NCBI GenBank assembly: GCA_963847625.1
Contig: CAWKAR010000019.1
Location: 105,335-169,334 of the forward strand
Direction of reading: 5' to 3'
From: a candidate division FCPU426 bacterium
GTDB taxonomy: Bacteria; Oederibacteriota; Muellerivitia; Muellerivitales; Muellerivitaceae
Length of the DNA stretch: 64,000 nucleotides
Part shown: positions 29,199 through 40,335 of the stretch, in pieces
How the letters are laid out: every line of letters starts with the position of its first letter
Numbering within the stretch: the stretch's first letter is position 1
Made by a program: the position numbers and the translations under genes
Notes under the pieces: generated by a model
Seen by the model: the letters and a program-made list of their open reading frames with translations, nothing else
Told to the model about the DNA's origin: nothing
The model's database searches: none

Positions 29199-31442
29199 AT
29201 GTACAGTATCACGACCGTGCTCTTTATTCTTTTTGCCGGTATTTTTTTCTATACCGGCGTCAACTACCTGCTCAACATCAGGGGTTACAAGAAGGATTAT
29301 CTTTTCATTCTTTACGGCCTCATGTGCATATTCAGCTCCGGCTACGCCTTCTCCAGTATCTTCGTTTATCACTTATCTGATGTCGCATCCAACATAGCGG
29401 CCGTAAAATTCCAGAGCACCTTCGCGCGGCTGATCATGGTGATCCTGCCCTGGTTCATCGGGTTATACGCGAATTTCATTCCCAAGCGACTCCTTGCCGC
29501 CATTTCGATCCTGGCTTTCATGCTGGGAGCCGCCAAACTGGTCCTGCCCGATTCGTTTATTTTCCCAAACCTGACGGGCATCCATTATCTGATAACCCCC
29601 TGGGGTGAACACCTAATGGACTTATCCTGTGACCTTTGCCCGCTGACTTATGTTCTTTACGCCGTCTACCTGGCCTTGATGATCTTCGGCGCAGAAGCCA
29701 CGCGCCGCCTCCTTAAACGCGGCAAAAAAAGCCAGGCCTGGCCCTTTATATTCCCCCTGTCTTTCGCGGTGGTAGCCTTCGTGAACGACGTACTTTTGGA
29801 CGCGGGCGCCATTCGAAGCATGTACCTGGAGGAATACGCGATTTTTATTTTCATCCTGGTGATAGGTTCCTGGATGAACGCCCAGCGCATGCACGCCGAG
29901 GGAAACTATCGAGCGCTTTTCCACTCCGTGAATGACGCCATTTTCGTGCACGACGCGCTCACGGGAAAAGTTCTGGACGTGAACGAGGCCGCCGCGCGAA
30001 TGTTCGGAGCCACCAGCCAGGACCTTATTTCCGGCGATTTCAAACGCACCTGCGCCGAAACGCCCCCCTATACCATGGCCGATGCGCTCGTGCTGGTACA
30101 TCAAGCCGCGGCGAAAGGCCCTCAGGTTTACGAATGGCGGTCCCGGCGCGTGGACGACAGCCGGCTTTTCCACACCGAGGTCTCGCTGCGTAGTGATGTC
30201 ATTGACGACCGCCCCGTGGTTTTGGCCGCCGTGCGCGACATTTCGAAGCGAAAAAAAGCCGAGGAGGAAAAGGAGGCAATCGAGAGCCAGCTTCAACAGG
30301 CGCAAAAGCTGGAAAGCCTAGGTCTCCTGGCCGGAAGCGTGGCGCACGACTTCAACAATCTATTAATGGTCATACTCGGCAATGCCGCTTTGGCCCACAA
30401 GGACCTGCCGCCGGACTCGCTTTCCCATTCCCATTTGGATCACATCGGCACCGCCGCTCAACGGGCGGCTTCCCTATGCCAGCAGCTTTTGGCCTATTCC
30501 GGCAGGGGGGGATTTGTCATCGAGCACCTCGGCCTCAAGGATGTCGTGGAGGACATCACGCGCATCCTGGAAGTGTCGATTCCCAAGAAGATCCAATTGA
30601 ACCTGCGTTATGATCCGGACCTGCCGCGAATCCTGGCCGACGCGACTCAGATCCGGCAAGTGGTCATGAACCTCATTACAAACGCCGCGGAAGCCATTGG
30701 GGATGGGGAGGGTATCATCACGCTTTCGACATTCTCGCGCCCCATGGACCGCGCGGCTTTCAAGGAGTACATGTCGGACCCCGGCCTGCCGGAAGGCCCC
30801 TACGTGGCGCTCAAGGTGGCTGACACGGGTTGCGGTATGGACGAGAAAACAGTCGCCCGTGTTTTCGAGCCTTTTTTCACCACCAAGTTCACAGGCAGGG
30901 GCCTGGGCATGGCCGTTGTGCTGGGCATCGTGCGGGGACACAAGGGAGCCATCCGAATCAACAGCGAAATGAAAAAAGGCACCACCGTGACGGTCTTGTT
31001 TCCTATCGCGCCGGAAGGGGTCCAGAATATTGCGCCGGCCCCCAAAGCGCCCCCTTCACCCCCGGCCGCCCGGGAAATGGTCTTACTGGTGGACGACGAT
31101 AAACCCGTCCTGATGACCGTCGCGAAACTGGTGGAAATGCTGGGGCACCGGACCCTGACCGCCGAAAGCGGGAGAAAAGCCTTGGAGATTTTTAAGAAAC
31201 AGCATGGGGATATTTCCTGCGTTCTGCTGGACCTGACCATGCCGGACATGGACGGCGGCGAGACCCTGCAGGAGATGAAGCGCATCGACCCCAAAGCGAG
31301 GGTCGTCCTCACGAGCGGATATAGTGAGCGGGATTTGAAGGACCGTTTCAAGGGCCAAGGGGTAGCGGGCTTCCTGCAAAAGCCTTACATGCTGGAGGAT
31401 TTAAAAGCGGTTATTGAGTCAGCCCTCAACGGCTCATCCTAA
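29199..31442 (+). CDS. 7TM-PAS hybrid sensor histidine kinase / response regulator
   Basis: TM region; PAS; LAGSVAHDFNNLL; NLITNAAEA, DTGCGM, FFTTK, GRGLG; receiver LLVDD...LLDLTMP...FLQKP. Confidence 0.95.
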   Translation: MYSITTVLFILFAGIFFYTGVNYLLNIRGYKKDYLFILYGLMCIFSSGYAFSSIFVYHLSDVASNIAAVKFQSTFARLIMVILPWFIGLYANFIPKRLLAAISILAFMLGAAKLVLPDSFIFPNLTGIHYLITPWGEHLMDLSCDLCPLTYVLYAVYLALMIFGAEATRRLLKRGKKSQAWPFIFPLSFAVVAFVNDVLLDAGAIRSMYLEEYAIFIFILVIGSWMNAQRMHAEGNYRALFHSVNDAIFVHDALTGKVLDVNEAAARMFGATSQDLISGDFKRTCAETPPYTMADALVLVHQAAAKGPQVYEWRSRRVDDSRLFHTEVSLRSDVIDDRPVVLAAVRDISKRKKAEEEKEAIESQLQQAQKLESLGLLAGSVAHDFNNLLMVILGNAALAHKDLPPDSLSHSHLDHIGTAAQRAASLCQQLLAYSGRGGFVIEHLGLKDVVEDITRILEVSIPKKIQLNLRYDPDLPRILADATQIRQVVMNLITNAAEAIGDGEGIITLSTFSRPMDRAAFKEYMSDPGLPEGPYVALKVADTGCGMDEKTVARVFEPFFTTKFTGRGLGMAVVLGIVRGHKGAIRINSEMKKGTTVTVLFPIAPEGVQNIAPAPKAPPSPPAAREMVLLVDDDKPVLMTVAKLVEMLGHRTLTAESGRKALEIFKKQHGDISCVLLDLTMPDMDGGETLQEMKRIDPKARVVLTSGYSERDLKDRFKGQGVAGFLQKPYMLEDLKAVIESALNGSS

Positions 31443-31631
31443 TAACGGCGGCCCCTCAAAAAGCCTCTTTCGAACGATGATTTTCAGACTAGATCAAGTC
31501 TCTGGATTAGGCCGCTTGGATTCGGCAAATGCGGAAATAAGTCCCATCTCGTACGATTTGCGAACCAGTAAAATTGAAGCCTTTCGTCGATAATGCCCTG
31601 GGGTTGTCAACACTTGCCGTCCAGATTCGAG

Positions 31632-31952
31632 CTATTTTCCCGCGTTTTCATTCTGAAGGCGTCTCGCCCGTCGATTCCAAGCTGGAGCAAACAGGAATTT
31701 AAACGTTAAGAAAGAAAGCACCCAGACCATAACCAAAAAAATCCCAAAGTAAACCCAATCGATTATTTTTCCCGTTAAATTGATAAACAATACGAAAAAC
31801 ACAAGAGCGTACAACTCGGTAATCGCCGTTAATTTGAGAACCAACACCGTTTTGAAATCATCTTTTTGGGAAGGACGCCAGCTCAAGAATGGCCACCACC
31901 CCCAATCCACGTCACTTACCCAATTTGAAATTTTTTCCAATTGATCGTTCAT
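31632..31952 (-). CDS. Small membrane protein
   Basis: GGAGG RBS; DWGWWPFLSWRP; two TM helices. Confidence 0.7.
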   Translation of the reverse strand: MNDQLEKISNWVSDVDWGWWPFLSWRPSQKDDFKTVLVLKLTAITELYALVFFVLFINLTGKIIDWVYFGIFLVMVWVLSFLTFKFLFAPAWNRRARRLQNENAGK

Positions 31953-32170
31953 CTTTTCCTCCCCGCGTTGGTTTTGAACCAGTCCATTGTAGTATTTGAC
32001 TCGGTCTTATTTTAGCTCTTTAAGGTAAACCGCGGGAATTCTTTGGAAAATGGGAGTATTTGCGGTGGTTATTTATTCCGAATACGGTATTTATTTATTG
32101 GCATCCATTTCCCTGGATATCCCGCCGGGAGCAGATAGATATGCCATTTCTTTTATCTTATGACAAGCAC

Positions 32171-34297
32171 TCAGGGCACTGCATTTTCCAGGCGAAGCCC
32201 CTTTTGGGCCGCTTCAATATCCGACTTGGGAATTAGAATCATATTCTCGTAAGGTTTGTTCCATGGATCCCTGAATTGGGTCAAGGTGGCATGAGGATAA
32301 TACTTCGAAAATATCTGCAGGCCATTTTCTATATTGAAAGTCGCGTAAAAGACGGCTACATCCTTGGTGACCTTGTTTCGAATGGGCAAAAAGCGGCATT
32401 CATCGTTAATTCCAAACACGTCCCATGGCTGAATTCCGGAATAAAAGAAGATAATCGGGGAATAGGAATCCGGATCCAAAAACAAATGATAATAGGGTTT
32501 CATCTTAGAATAGACTTTCGCCAGCACCTCATGATGATATCCCTGCAAACGCCAGACCTCCGGGCGGGCGTTAAACCGGAAAAAATACATATCCACGTTG
32601 AAAAACAAGGCGCCGGCTAATCCCAGCGCCAACCAGACCTTGGCCTCCGTTTTCATTCCCCAGCTGCTTTGGTCAACCATCTCCCACAACCATTCGATAC
32701 CCCTGGCCGCTATCAGCATCAAAAACGGAAAAGTTATGAACGACCGCATGGGGTTCAGGTATTCCGGCGGTACATACGGATTTTCCATCGCTAAAGCGTT
32801 GGCGGCGATTCCGAACAGGACCCCCCCCAGCGGCGCCCAGCTGACTCTTTTGTTGAGGGAAAAAAGGGTGAGAACCAACCCCACCAGAAGCAGGAACCCG
32901 GTGAAAGGATCCAGGATGGGATTGTTGGGAACCATTAAATTCGGGTCAACCGCGCTCGTCCAAAAATACGAAAACATTGTCCAGAGGGTGGTCTTGACCG
33001 GCAGCAAATAACGGCCGGACGCGGACATCGCGTCTAAAATATTTAAATCCCGGGCGCGTCCGAGGAACTCATAAGGGCGGTGGATGATAAGACGTATATA
33101 AACGCTCAAAATCCAAAGAAACCCCAGGAAGGAAAGGAACAAGTGCCGGCTGTAAGTCTTCACGAAAGCCATTCCGCCCGCAAAAAGCCCGCATCCTAAA
33201 ACAAAAACCAACACCATGGCAGGAGTCAGCCGGCCCGCGTGATAGGTCATCACGGTAGCGGCGGCAAAAACACCCGCCCACCAATAATCGGCCCGGGCTC
33301 CTTTTTGGAATGCCTTCTCGTAAAAATAAAAAGTGCACACTACAAAGAGAATCATGCTCATGGTATTAAACGGGGAAAAGGCGAAAAACAAATGCCACCA
33401 GGAGATGCTGAAAAGAAAGGCCGCCAGCAAACTGGCGCGCGGGCTGAAATATAACCTGCACCAGAGGTAGAAAACAAAAATCGACAACATGGACAAAGTC
33501 AAAGAGACGATCCGGAAAGAGACGATTTTGACTCCGAAAAGTTTAACTCCGATGTTGGTCAAAAAGATCCCCCTCGAAATGGACCATGGGGTCACGGCGT
33601 CCATGCTCTCGTCACAACGAAAGCCGGCGAAAACTTCGCGAATGAAGGGATAACGCATGAGCGCCGCCAAACTTAAAACCAGAAACAGCCATTTCCATTC
33701 GCCATTCATTCGGGAAGCGCTGAGGGTTTCCCGCCGATTCCATCTCAAGACGGCGAGGATTAAAAAGGTAGCGGCCATGGCAACCAGGCCCAACGGCAAA
33801 TTGTAGTCATAGAACAAACTGTACATGGCCAAACAGGTCAAAGGCAGGAGGAAGAGCAGTAATACAAAGGGGCTTTTATCAGTGGAATCGGCCGCGGGAA
33901 AGCCGGAAACTTCTAAAACCTTCGAGTTTTCCGGGAAGGATTCCAATAGAATCCACCCCGATAGAATCATGAAGAACATTCCGGTGGCGTAGTTGAACAA
34001 CGAATCCTTTATATAAGGGCTTCCCCACCAACCATCATTCACGTTGAATGGAAAGCCAACCAACGGCAGAGTCACAAAAAAGGTACTCACCAAGCACGCC
34101 ACCAAACCGGCAGGAACGCCAACCCATCGCAGAAGGGTCACAAACGGATTCTTGCCGGCATCCGATACTTTTTTTCGCCAATAATAAAGAAAAGCCGCGA
34201 GAGCCAAAAAAGCTACCGCGGATACGAACCTTCCCATAACGAAATAATAAATCGCCAACAAAGCCGACATAGAAAACAAAAGAATATCGGTGCTCAT
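32171..34297 (-). CDS. ArnT/GT39-like membrane glycosyltransferase, paralog 1
   Basis: Polytopic; RYPF..GFRCDES; SWWHLFF; NPMRS. Confidence 0.8.
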   Translation of the reverse strand: MSTDILLFSMSALLAIYYFVMGRFVSAVAFLALAAFLYYWRKKVSDAGKNPFVTLLRWVGVPAGLVACLVSTFFVTLPLVGFPFNVNDGWWGSPYIKDSLFNYATGMFFMILSGWILLESFPENSKVLEVSGFPAADSTDKSPFVLLLFLLPLTCLAMYSLFYDYNLPLGLVAMAATFLILAVLRWNRRETLSASRMNGEWKWLFLVLSLAALMRYPFIREVFAGFRCDESMDAVTPWSISRGIFLTNIGVKLFGVKIVSFRIVSLTLSMLSIFVFYLWCRLYFSPRASLLAAFLFSISWWHLFFAFSPFNTMSMILFVVCTFYFYEKAFQKGARADYWWAGVFAAATVMTYHAGRLTPAMVLVFVLGCGLFAGGMAFVKTYSRHLFLSFLGFLWILSVYIRLIIHRPYEFLGRARDLNILDAMSASGRYLLPVKTTLWTMFSYFWTSAVDPNLMVPNNPILDPFTGFLLLVGLVLTLFSLNKRVSWAPLGGVLFGIAANALAMENPYVPPEYLNPMRSFITFPFLMLIAARGIEWLWEMVDQSSWGMKTEAKVWLALGLAGALFFNVDMYFFRFNARPEVWRLQGYHHEVLAKVYSKMKPYYHLFLDPDSYSPIIFFYSGIQPWDVFGINDECRFLPIRNKVTKDVAVFYATFNIENGLQIFSKYYPHATLTQFRDPWNKPYENMILIPKSDIEAAQKGLRLENAVP

Positions 34298-34643
34298 CTA
34301 TTTTTCTCCTCACGGTTTATATTATATCGATAAAAGAAACCGGCGTATTTTAACACAGGCTCCTTTGACCCGCTTTTCTTTTCCACCTCTTCAATAGCAT
34401 TGCCCGCTCACAACAATTTTTCCGGATATTTTCAAAAACAATCAGGAACAATACGATTTTCTTAACAATCCCGGCAAAAAGAGCCGGGCAACCCTCATCA
34501 TTTTTCTTACAACCGGCCTATTATCGGGCGGAGATTTTGGCCCTTCTTTCCTTTGGCCGCTTTACAGTACCGAAAACCCGCTTCTCATTTAAACATTTTA
34601 AAATAACCAATTTCAATCCCCTTGGTCCTGCCCAAGCGGAAAA

Positions 34644-36761
34644 TCAGGGGGCTTCATTACCCGGGGGAAGCCCCTTTTGGGCCGCTTCAACATCCGCCTT
34701 GGGAATTCGAACTATTCTCTCGTAAATGACGTTCCAAGGGTCCCTGAGTTCGGTAATGGTGGCATGGGGATAATAATTCAAGAATAGCCTCAAGTCTTTA
34801 CGCAATTCCCTCGGCGCGAAGAAAACGGCCACATTCTTGTTGACCTTGTTTCGAATAGGCAGGAAGAGGCAATCATCGTTAATTCCAACCACGTCCACAT
34901 CCCGAATTCCCGTAAGAAAGGTAATAACATTGGAAAAGGAATCCTCATCCAAAAACAAATGGCATTCGGGTCTGATGCGGGTATAGATTTTCGCCAGTTC
35001 CAAATGAGGATAACCCACCAACGGCCAGATCCCAGGGCGGTCCTTAAACCGGAAAAAATACATATCCACGTTGAAAAACAAGGCGCCGGCCAATCCGAGC
35101 GCCAGCCAAACCTTGGCCCCCGTTTTCATGACCGGGCGGCTTCGGTCAACCATTTCCCAAAACCATTCAATGCCCCTTGCCGCCATCAACATTAAAAAGG
35201 GGAAAGCAATAAACAACCGCATGGGGTTCAGGTATTCCGGCGGCACATAAGGATTTTCCCTCGCGAAAGCGTTGGCGGCAATGCCGAATAAGACGCCCCC
35301 CAGCGCCGCCCAGCTGACTCTTTTGCGGAGGGAGAAAAGGGTGAGAACCATTCCCGCCAGAAGCAGAATGCCGGTGAAAGGATCCAGGATGGGATTGTTA
35401 GGAACCATTAACCGCTCGTCAACCCCGCTCGTCCAAAAAAACGAAAGGATTGACCAGAAAGTGGTCTTGATCGGCAGCCAATAATCACCCGAAGCGGCCA
35501 CCATGGCGAAAATATTTAAATTCACAGCGCGCCCGGTGAACTCGATTGGGTGCTGGATAATGAAACATATAAAGGGTCCTATAAACCAGAGAAACCCCAG
35601 GAAAGAAAGGAACAAGTGCCGGCTGTAAGTCTTCACGAAAGCCATTCCGCCCGCAAAAAGCCCGCATCCCATTATAAACACCAGCACCATGGCCGGGGTC
35701 AGCCGGCCCGCGATATAGGTCATCACGCTGGCCGCGGCAAAAACACCTCCCCACCAATAATCGGCCCGGGCTCCTCTTTGGAGGGCTTTCTCGTAAAAAT
35801 AAAAGGTGCAAACCACAAAGAGAATCATGCACATGGTATTAAACGGGGAAAAGGCGAAAAACAAATGCCACCAGGAGACGCTGGAAAGGAAGGCAGCCAG
35901 CAAACAGGCGCGCGGGCTGAAATATAACCTGCACCAGCGGTAGAAAACAAAAATCGACAACATGGACAAAGTCAAAGTGGCCATCCGAAGGCCCGTCAGA
36001 TTGACCCCGAAAATTTTAAGGCCGATGGCATTTAAAAAACATGGTAATGTTGGCGAACCCCAGACCCCCGTCTGGAAAGGAGTGGCCCACTCCCCTTTCA
36101 AGGCGCCCACTGCGGTCATGGCCTCTACGCTCTCGTCACTCCGAAAACCGGCAAAAAGGCTATGAAGGAAGGGATAACGCAGGAGCGCAGCCAATCCCAA
36201 AATGAACAAAACCCATTTCCACTCGCCTTTCAGTTGGGCGACCCCAAGGGTTTCCTGCCGTTTACACCTTAAAAAACCAATGATTAAAACGGTGGCGGCC
36301 AGGGCGAAAAATGCCAGCGGTGAATGATCGCTATAGAAAAAAGTAATCATGGCCAGCCAGGTCAAAGGTAAGAGGAGGGGCAGTATTTCAAAACGGCTCT
36401 TGTCCTTGGGCTTGGGCCGGGGAAAACCGGAAACTTTTAAAACCTTCGAAGTTTCCGGAAAAGCTTCCAAAAGAAACCATCCCGATATAATTAAAAGGGG
36501 TAGACCGGTGGCCCAGTTATAGACCGGCTCCGTCACCAGGTAGCTTCCCCATCCGCCAGCCGCCAAGCCGGCCGGAATGCCGGCCCAACGAAGAATGGGG
36601 GCAATCCATTTTTTCTTGAAGGCATCCGTTAAAAATTTCCGCCAAAAATACAGGAATGCCGCAATAGCCAAAAAAGCAATCGCGGATTTAAACCTCCCCA
36701 AGGCGATATAACTGATCGCCGATAAAACTGATATGGAGAACAAAACGATATCAGTGCTCAT
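34644..36761 (-). CDS. ArnT/GT39-like membrane glycosyltransferase, paralog 2
   Basis: Tandem paralog of 32171-34297; GFRSDES. Confidence 0.8.
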   Translation of the reverse strand: MSTDIVLFSISVLSAISYIALGRFKSAIAFLAIAAFLYFWRKFLTDAFKKKWIAPILRWAGIPAGLAAGGWGSYLVTEPVYNWATGLPLLIISGWFLLEAFPETSKVLKVSGFPRPKPKDKSRFEILPLLLPLTWLAMITFFYSDHSPLAFFALAATVLIIGFLRCKRQETLGVAQLKGEWKWVLFILGLAALLRYPFLHSLFAGFRSDESVEAMTAVGALKGEWATPFQTGVWGSPTLPCFLNAIGLKIFGVNLTGLRMATLTLSMLSIFVFYRWCRLYFSPRACLLAAFLSSVSWWHLFFAFSPFNTMCMILFVVCTFYFYEKALQRGARADYWWGGVFAAASVMTYIAGRLTPAMVLVFIMGCGLFAGGMAFVKTYSRHLFLSFLGFLWFIGPFICFIIQHPIEFTGRAVNLNIFAMVAASGDYWLPIKTTFWSILSFFWTSGVDERLMVPNNPILDPFTGILLLAGMVLTLFSLRKRVSWAALGGVLFGIAANAFARENPYVPPEYLNPMRLFIAFPFLMLMAARGIEWFWEMVDRSRPVMKTGAKVWLALGLAGALFFNVDMYFFRFKDRPGIWPLVGYPHLELAKIYTRIRPECHLFLDEDSFSNVITFLTGIRDVDVVGINDDCLFLPIRNKVNKNVAVFFAPRELRKDLRLFLNYYPHATITELRDPWNVIYERIVRIPKADVEAAQKGLPPGNEAP

Positions 36762-36960
36762 CCATTTTTCTCCTCGCGGTTTATATCGCCATTCTTTCCT
36801 TTAGCAGCTTGAACAACTCTTCCCTTGGTCAACAGTTAAAGTAATCTGAAATATTATTGCTTCAAGCGATGTAAAAAAGAAAAGAGACCTAGTCATTGAC
36901 GGTTTGTTTGTTCTTGTGTTAGAAAAATTTTGATTTTCCCTTAAGTCCAGCCGGCTCGCT

Positions 36961-38106
36961 TCATTTTTCCGAGTGATAAATGCTCCTCACCGCCAGCAAA
37001 ATCTTCTTGTAAACATCGCGCAAAACATCCACCCCGCTCCGGGCCTTTAGAAAATTCGGGTTGACTTCCATGGCCTTGCTCGCCTCTCTCAAAGACCGAT
37101 TGACTATAAAACTGGACTTGACCAGTTGGGCGATTCCATAGTGAAACCGGATGTCCGCGTAATTTGGGTATGTCTCAACGAGTTCTTCCAATTGACGGAT
37201 ATAAGTTTCTGTTTCCTTCATCCCGACACCCTTGTCCTCGTAAATAAGTTTCAGGGTATAAAAACAGATCATTTCCAAGGCCGTCTTCGGCATGTATTTC
37301 GGCCTCGCGTTCATGAAACCCGTAAAAGCCAACTGGTATTTCCCGTCACGCAGGTAAGCCATGGCGGTCAATAACGTCGCGTTAACAATCTTCGGGTTCA
37401 ATTCCTTGGCGGTCTTTGCCTCCCGCTGGGCCTCCTCCGCGTATCCTTGAAGCGTCGTTTCGGCTAGATTCTCATTCTCGTTAACCAGAATCCCGACATC
37501 GGTGGTCGCTAGTTTTAAGCGCGCCTCGGCGTAGTCGGGGTTGATCTGAAGCGCCTGCACGTAACATTGCCGCGCTTCCTCAAATTGCCTTTGATATAAA
37601 TAGACATTCCCCAAATAAAAAAGAATGTCGGGATAATTCGGGGCGGTCTTTAACGCCTCGGTAAGCACGACTTTGGCTCCGTCAAAATCCTGGAGCAGGA
37701 TCAAGGAAATGCCGTAATACTTGATAGCTTGGATGTGATGGGGGTCTATTTTCAAGGCGTTTTGAAATTGATCCCGCCCATCCCCGTAAAAACCATAGGA
37801 AAGGAGGATAACCCCCATCATGAAACACTTGTCGGAGGAGGGTTTCTCGCTGATTTTGTCCCGGATACGGAAAACAGACTCAAGTTCGGCGATGAAGGCG
37901 TTATGTTTTTCCGATAGGTTTTTTTCCAGTTCGGACTCGCCGCTACTTACTATTTCATCCGAAACACTGCAATCTCGTTGGATGACGAGTTGGCCCTCGG
38001 AATGAACGGAGGAATTCATTTGTTTTTTCGAGGGATCAATGTAAGTTTCCACGGTTAATTTTTTATCACCGATCTCAACCATGGTCCGTAAGGATTGCGT
38101 CTTCAT
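36961..38106 (-). CDS. TPR protein
   Basis: Multiple TPRs (PNYPDILFYLGNVY, NPDYAEARLKLA, PNYADIRFHYG). Confidence 0.85.
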   Translation of the reverse strand: MKTQSLRTMVEIGDKKLTVETYIDPSKKQMNSSVHSEGQLVIQRDCSVSDEIVSSGESELEKNLSEKHNAFIAELESVFRIRDKISEKPSSDKCFMMGVILLSYGFYGDGRDQFQNALKIDPHHIQAIKYYGISLILLQDFDGAKVVLTEALKTAPNYPDILFYLGNVYLYQRQFEEARQCYVQALQINPDYAEARLKLATTDVGILVNENENLAETTLQGYAEEAQREAKTAKELNPKIVNATLLTAMAYLRDGKYQLAFTGFMNARPKYMPKTALEMICFYTLKLIYEDKGVGMKETETYIRQLEELVETYPNYADIRFHYGIAQLVKSSFIVNRSLREASKAMEVNPNFLKARSGVDVLRDVYKKILLAVRSIYHSEK

Positions 38107-38252
38107 ACAGATACCCCTCCATCAATCGGGATTCCCCAAATGAAAAACTCCACCATTAATATAATAGTGTATCTTCTGGCCTAATAAGCAACAAATTACC
38201 CGGCGGCGTGGGCAAGGCCCTCCGGCAAACCCGGGTTTAAGGAGTAATCGCA

Positions 38253-38567
38253 ATGGAATTATTGACCGGACAAGAGGAAAAATTTTTATTAAAGAGGGAA
38301 AAGTTCCAGAAGAAATATCGGCGAACGCTGATGTCCATCATTGTGGTTTTTTCGAGCTGTTTACTAATTCTTTGGAATATCACACGTGTTTTAAAAACCT
38401 ACTCAAATATCCCTAAGGAAATGTGGATGGGGATGATCATCAAGTTGGAATTCGTCTTGGGGTTTTGGATCCTATTGACCCTTTTCATTTTTGTCCGGAA
38501 TTCGTTAAATGAAAAAAGGTTAATCCATATTATTAATAAATTAAGGGCTAAAAATCCGGTCCCCTGA
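38253..38567 (+). CDS. Small two-TM hypothetical protein
   Basis: AAGGAG RBS; two hydrophobic helices. Confidence 0.65.
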   Translation: MELLTGQEEKFLLKREKFQKKYRRTLMSIIVVFSSCLLILWNITRVLKTYSNIPKEMWMGMIIKLEFVLGFWILLTLFIFVRNSLNEKRLIHIINKLRAKNPVP

Positions 38568-38942
38568 ATACGCCTCAAGGTTCGCGATATCGAGTTCAGC
38601 CGGGCCATCCAATGAACCCAGGATGTCCAGTAAACGGGGTCGGGCTCTTATAGCGGAGCGCAAAACGCACCTAATAGCTGAGTCTTGAGGATATGCTACT
38701 GGGCTTTCATTCGATTATCCGCATGAGTATCGTCCTGAATAAATCATGGTTATTTCTCTGGCAATCAAATACATCACTCTCGAAAACCGGGTTCTCATTT
38801 AACCAATATAAAATTCACTCGTATCAAATGTGTTTTTCCCGACCCATTGAGGTTCCAATTTACAACCTCAAAACCCCAAGTGGCGTTATAGTCGCTTTTA
38901 TTAAATTGACGGTGTTAAAGCTGTTGTTTTAAGATAACCCCC

Positions 38943-39938
38943 ATGAAGAAAGCCCTATTCATTGTCCTAGCCGTGGCAATAACACAAACCCTGCACCCGC
39001 TGGTGGCTTCCGCCCAGGTCACCCAAGCCGACCTCATCCAGGCCTACAATTACGCCTACACGCTTTTCAAGGCCGAGCATTTCCAGGAAGCCAAGGACAT
39101 TTACAAGAAAGTCGCCGCCATCTCCTCGGATACCGACCTCTGCGCCAATGCCCTCTATTATTACTCCCAGTGCTCCTTCCGCACCGAAGACTATGACGAA
39201 TGCGTCAAGGCTCTTAGCGTCATGGCCGTCAAGTTCCCCCAATCGGCGCCCATCGTCAAGGGTTACGTGGCCCGCTTCTGCGTGTTTTTGATCGGCCAGG
39301 TGGCCCAGCTCCAGACCCACTGGGATTATTTCCGTTACGCCGAGGGCACGGACGAGAAGAATCAGATTGTCTGGAAGGAAAGCATACCGCCCGGCTTTAA
39401 GATTAAGCGCATCAACTTCAAGCTGGGTTTCGGCCTTTATGGGATCATGAACCGCATCATGCCCAGCTCCCCCTACACCGTCAACTGCAAGAAGGAACTG
39501 GATACCATGCTGGACAGCACCATCACCATGACCTGGGTGGATGAAAAGGCCGCCGTAAATAAATGGGGCCACCCGAACGATTTCCTCTCCATTTTCAGCC
39601 AGAAGGAAATGAAGGCTTTCTCCAAGGTTATCTGCGATAGGATGTTCTTCAACTGGACAACCGACAAGTTTTACCTGTTCCTGAACATGTACGACGATAT
39701 CCGGAACATAAAGCCGCGCTTTGTCGCCAAGACCAAGCAGGGAAGCGGCAATATCTATGCCGGGGCCTCCACGGGCGCGGTCAACAGTTCCACCCAGAAG
39801 AATATGACCCCCGCGGCCCAGCAGGACCCTACGACCGTGCTCACCTTGAGGAAACTATTGCAGGTGGCCGGTTATAATCCCTGGAACGACACCTATTCCA
39901 GCGTGATCGAATCCTCCCCTTCTGACCTCTCTCTATAA
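38943..39938 (+). CDS. Secreted TPR-containing protein
   Basis: Signal peptide; YNYAYTLFKAEHFQEA..ANALYY. Confidence 0.75.
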   Translation: MKKALFIVLAVAITQTLHPLVASAQVTQADLIQAYNYAYTLFKAEHFQEAKDIYKKVAAISSDTDLCANALYYYSQCSFRTEDYDECVKALSVMAVKFPQSAPIVKGYVARFCVFLIGQVAQLQTHWDYFRYAEGTDEKNQIVWKESIPPGFKIKRINFKLGFGLYGIMNRIMPSSPYTVNCKKELDTMLDSTITMTWVDEKAAVNKWGHPNDFLSIFSQKEMKAFSKVICDRMFFNWTTDKFYLFLNMYDDIRNIKPRFVAKTKQGSGNIYAGASTGAVNSSTQKNMTPAAQQDPTTVLTLRKLLQVAGYNPWNDTYSSVIESSPSDLSL

Positions 39939-39939
39939 G

Positions 39940-40335
39940 ATGTCAAGCACCCATGCGGCCTTGTTGACCGGTGCGCTTCTTTTTTCCTGCAGCGCCCCGG
40001 TCCTCGCGAAAAATGCCGGCGTACCCGAGGCCATCGATTCAGCATCAGCGACTCCCGCGGCCACAGTCACAGCCGAACCTGCAGCCACCCCGGTTCCCAA
40101 GCGTGTCATTAAAAAGGCTCCGGATTTAAAGCGGGTTATCGAAATCCACAAACCCATGCCCGACCCCGCCTGGGGAAAGGTTCTCCAATACCATATGGAA
40201 CATGCGCCGGACGGCAAAGAAACACTTCACGAGTTTCTTTTCCAGGACGACCAGGGCATCATCCGTACCGCGATATACCATGAGGGAAACTCGGGGGAGG
40301 ATTATTGGGAAGTGTTGGCATGGGACCTTCCTTAG
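39940..40335 (+). CDS. Secreted hypothetical protein
   Basis: Signal peptide; starts 1 nt after the upstream stop. Confidence 0.65.
   Translation: MSSTHAALLTGALLFSCSAPVLAKNAGVPEAIDSASATPAATVTAEPAATPVPKRVIKKAPDLKRVIEIHKPMPDPAWGKVLQYHMEHAPDGKETLHEFLFQDDQGIIRTAIYHEGNSGEDYWEVLAWDLP

Noticed and set aside
32171..36761. Diversity-generating retroelement TR/VR pair
   Set aside because: Whole-gene duplication, no adenine-specific mismatch pattern noticed, and no reverse transcriptase.
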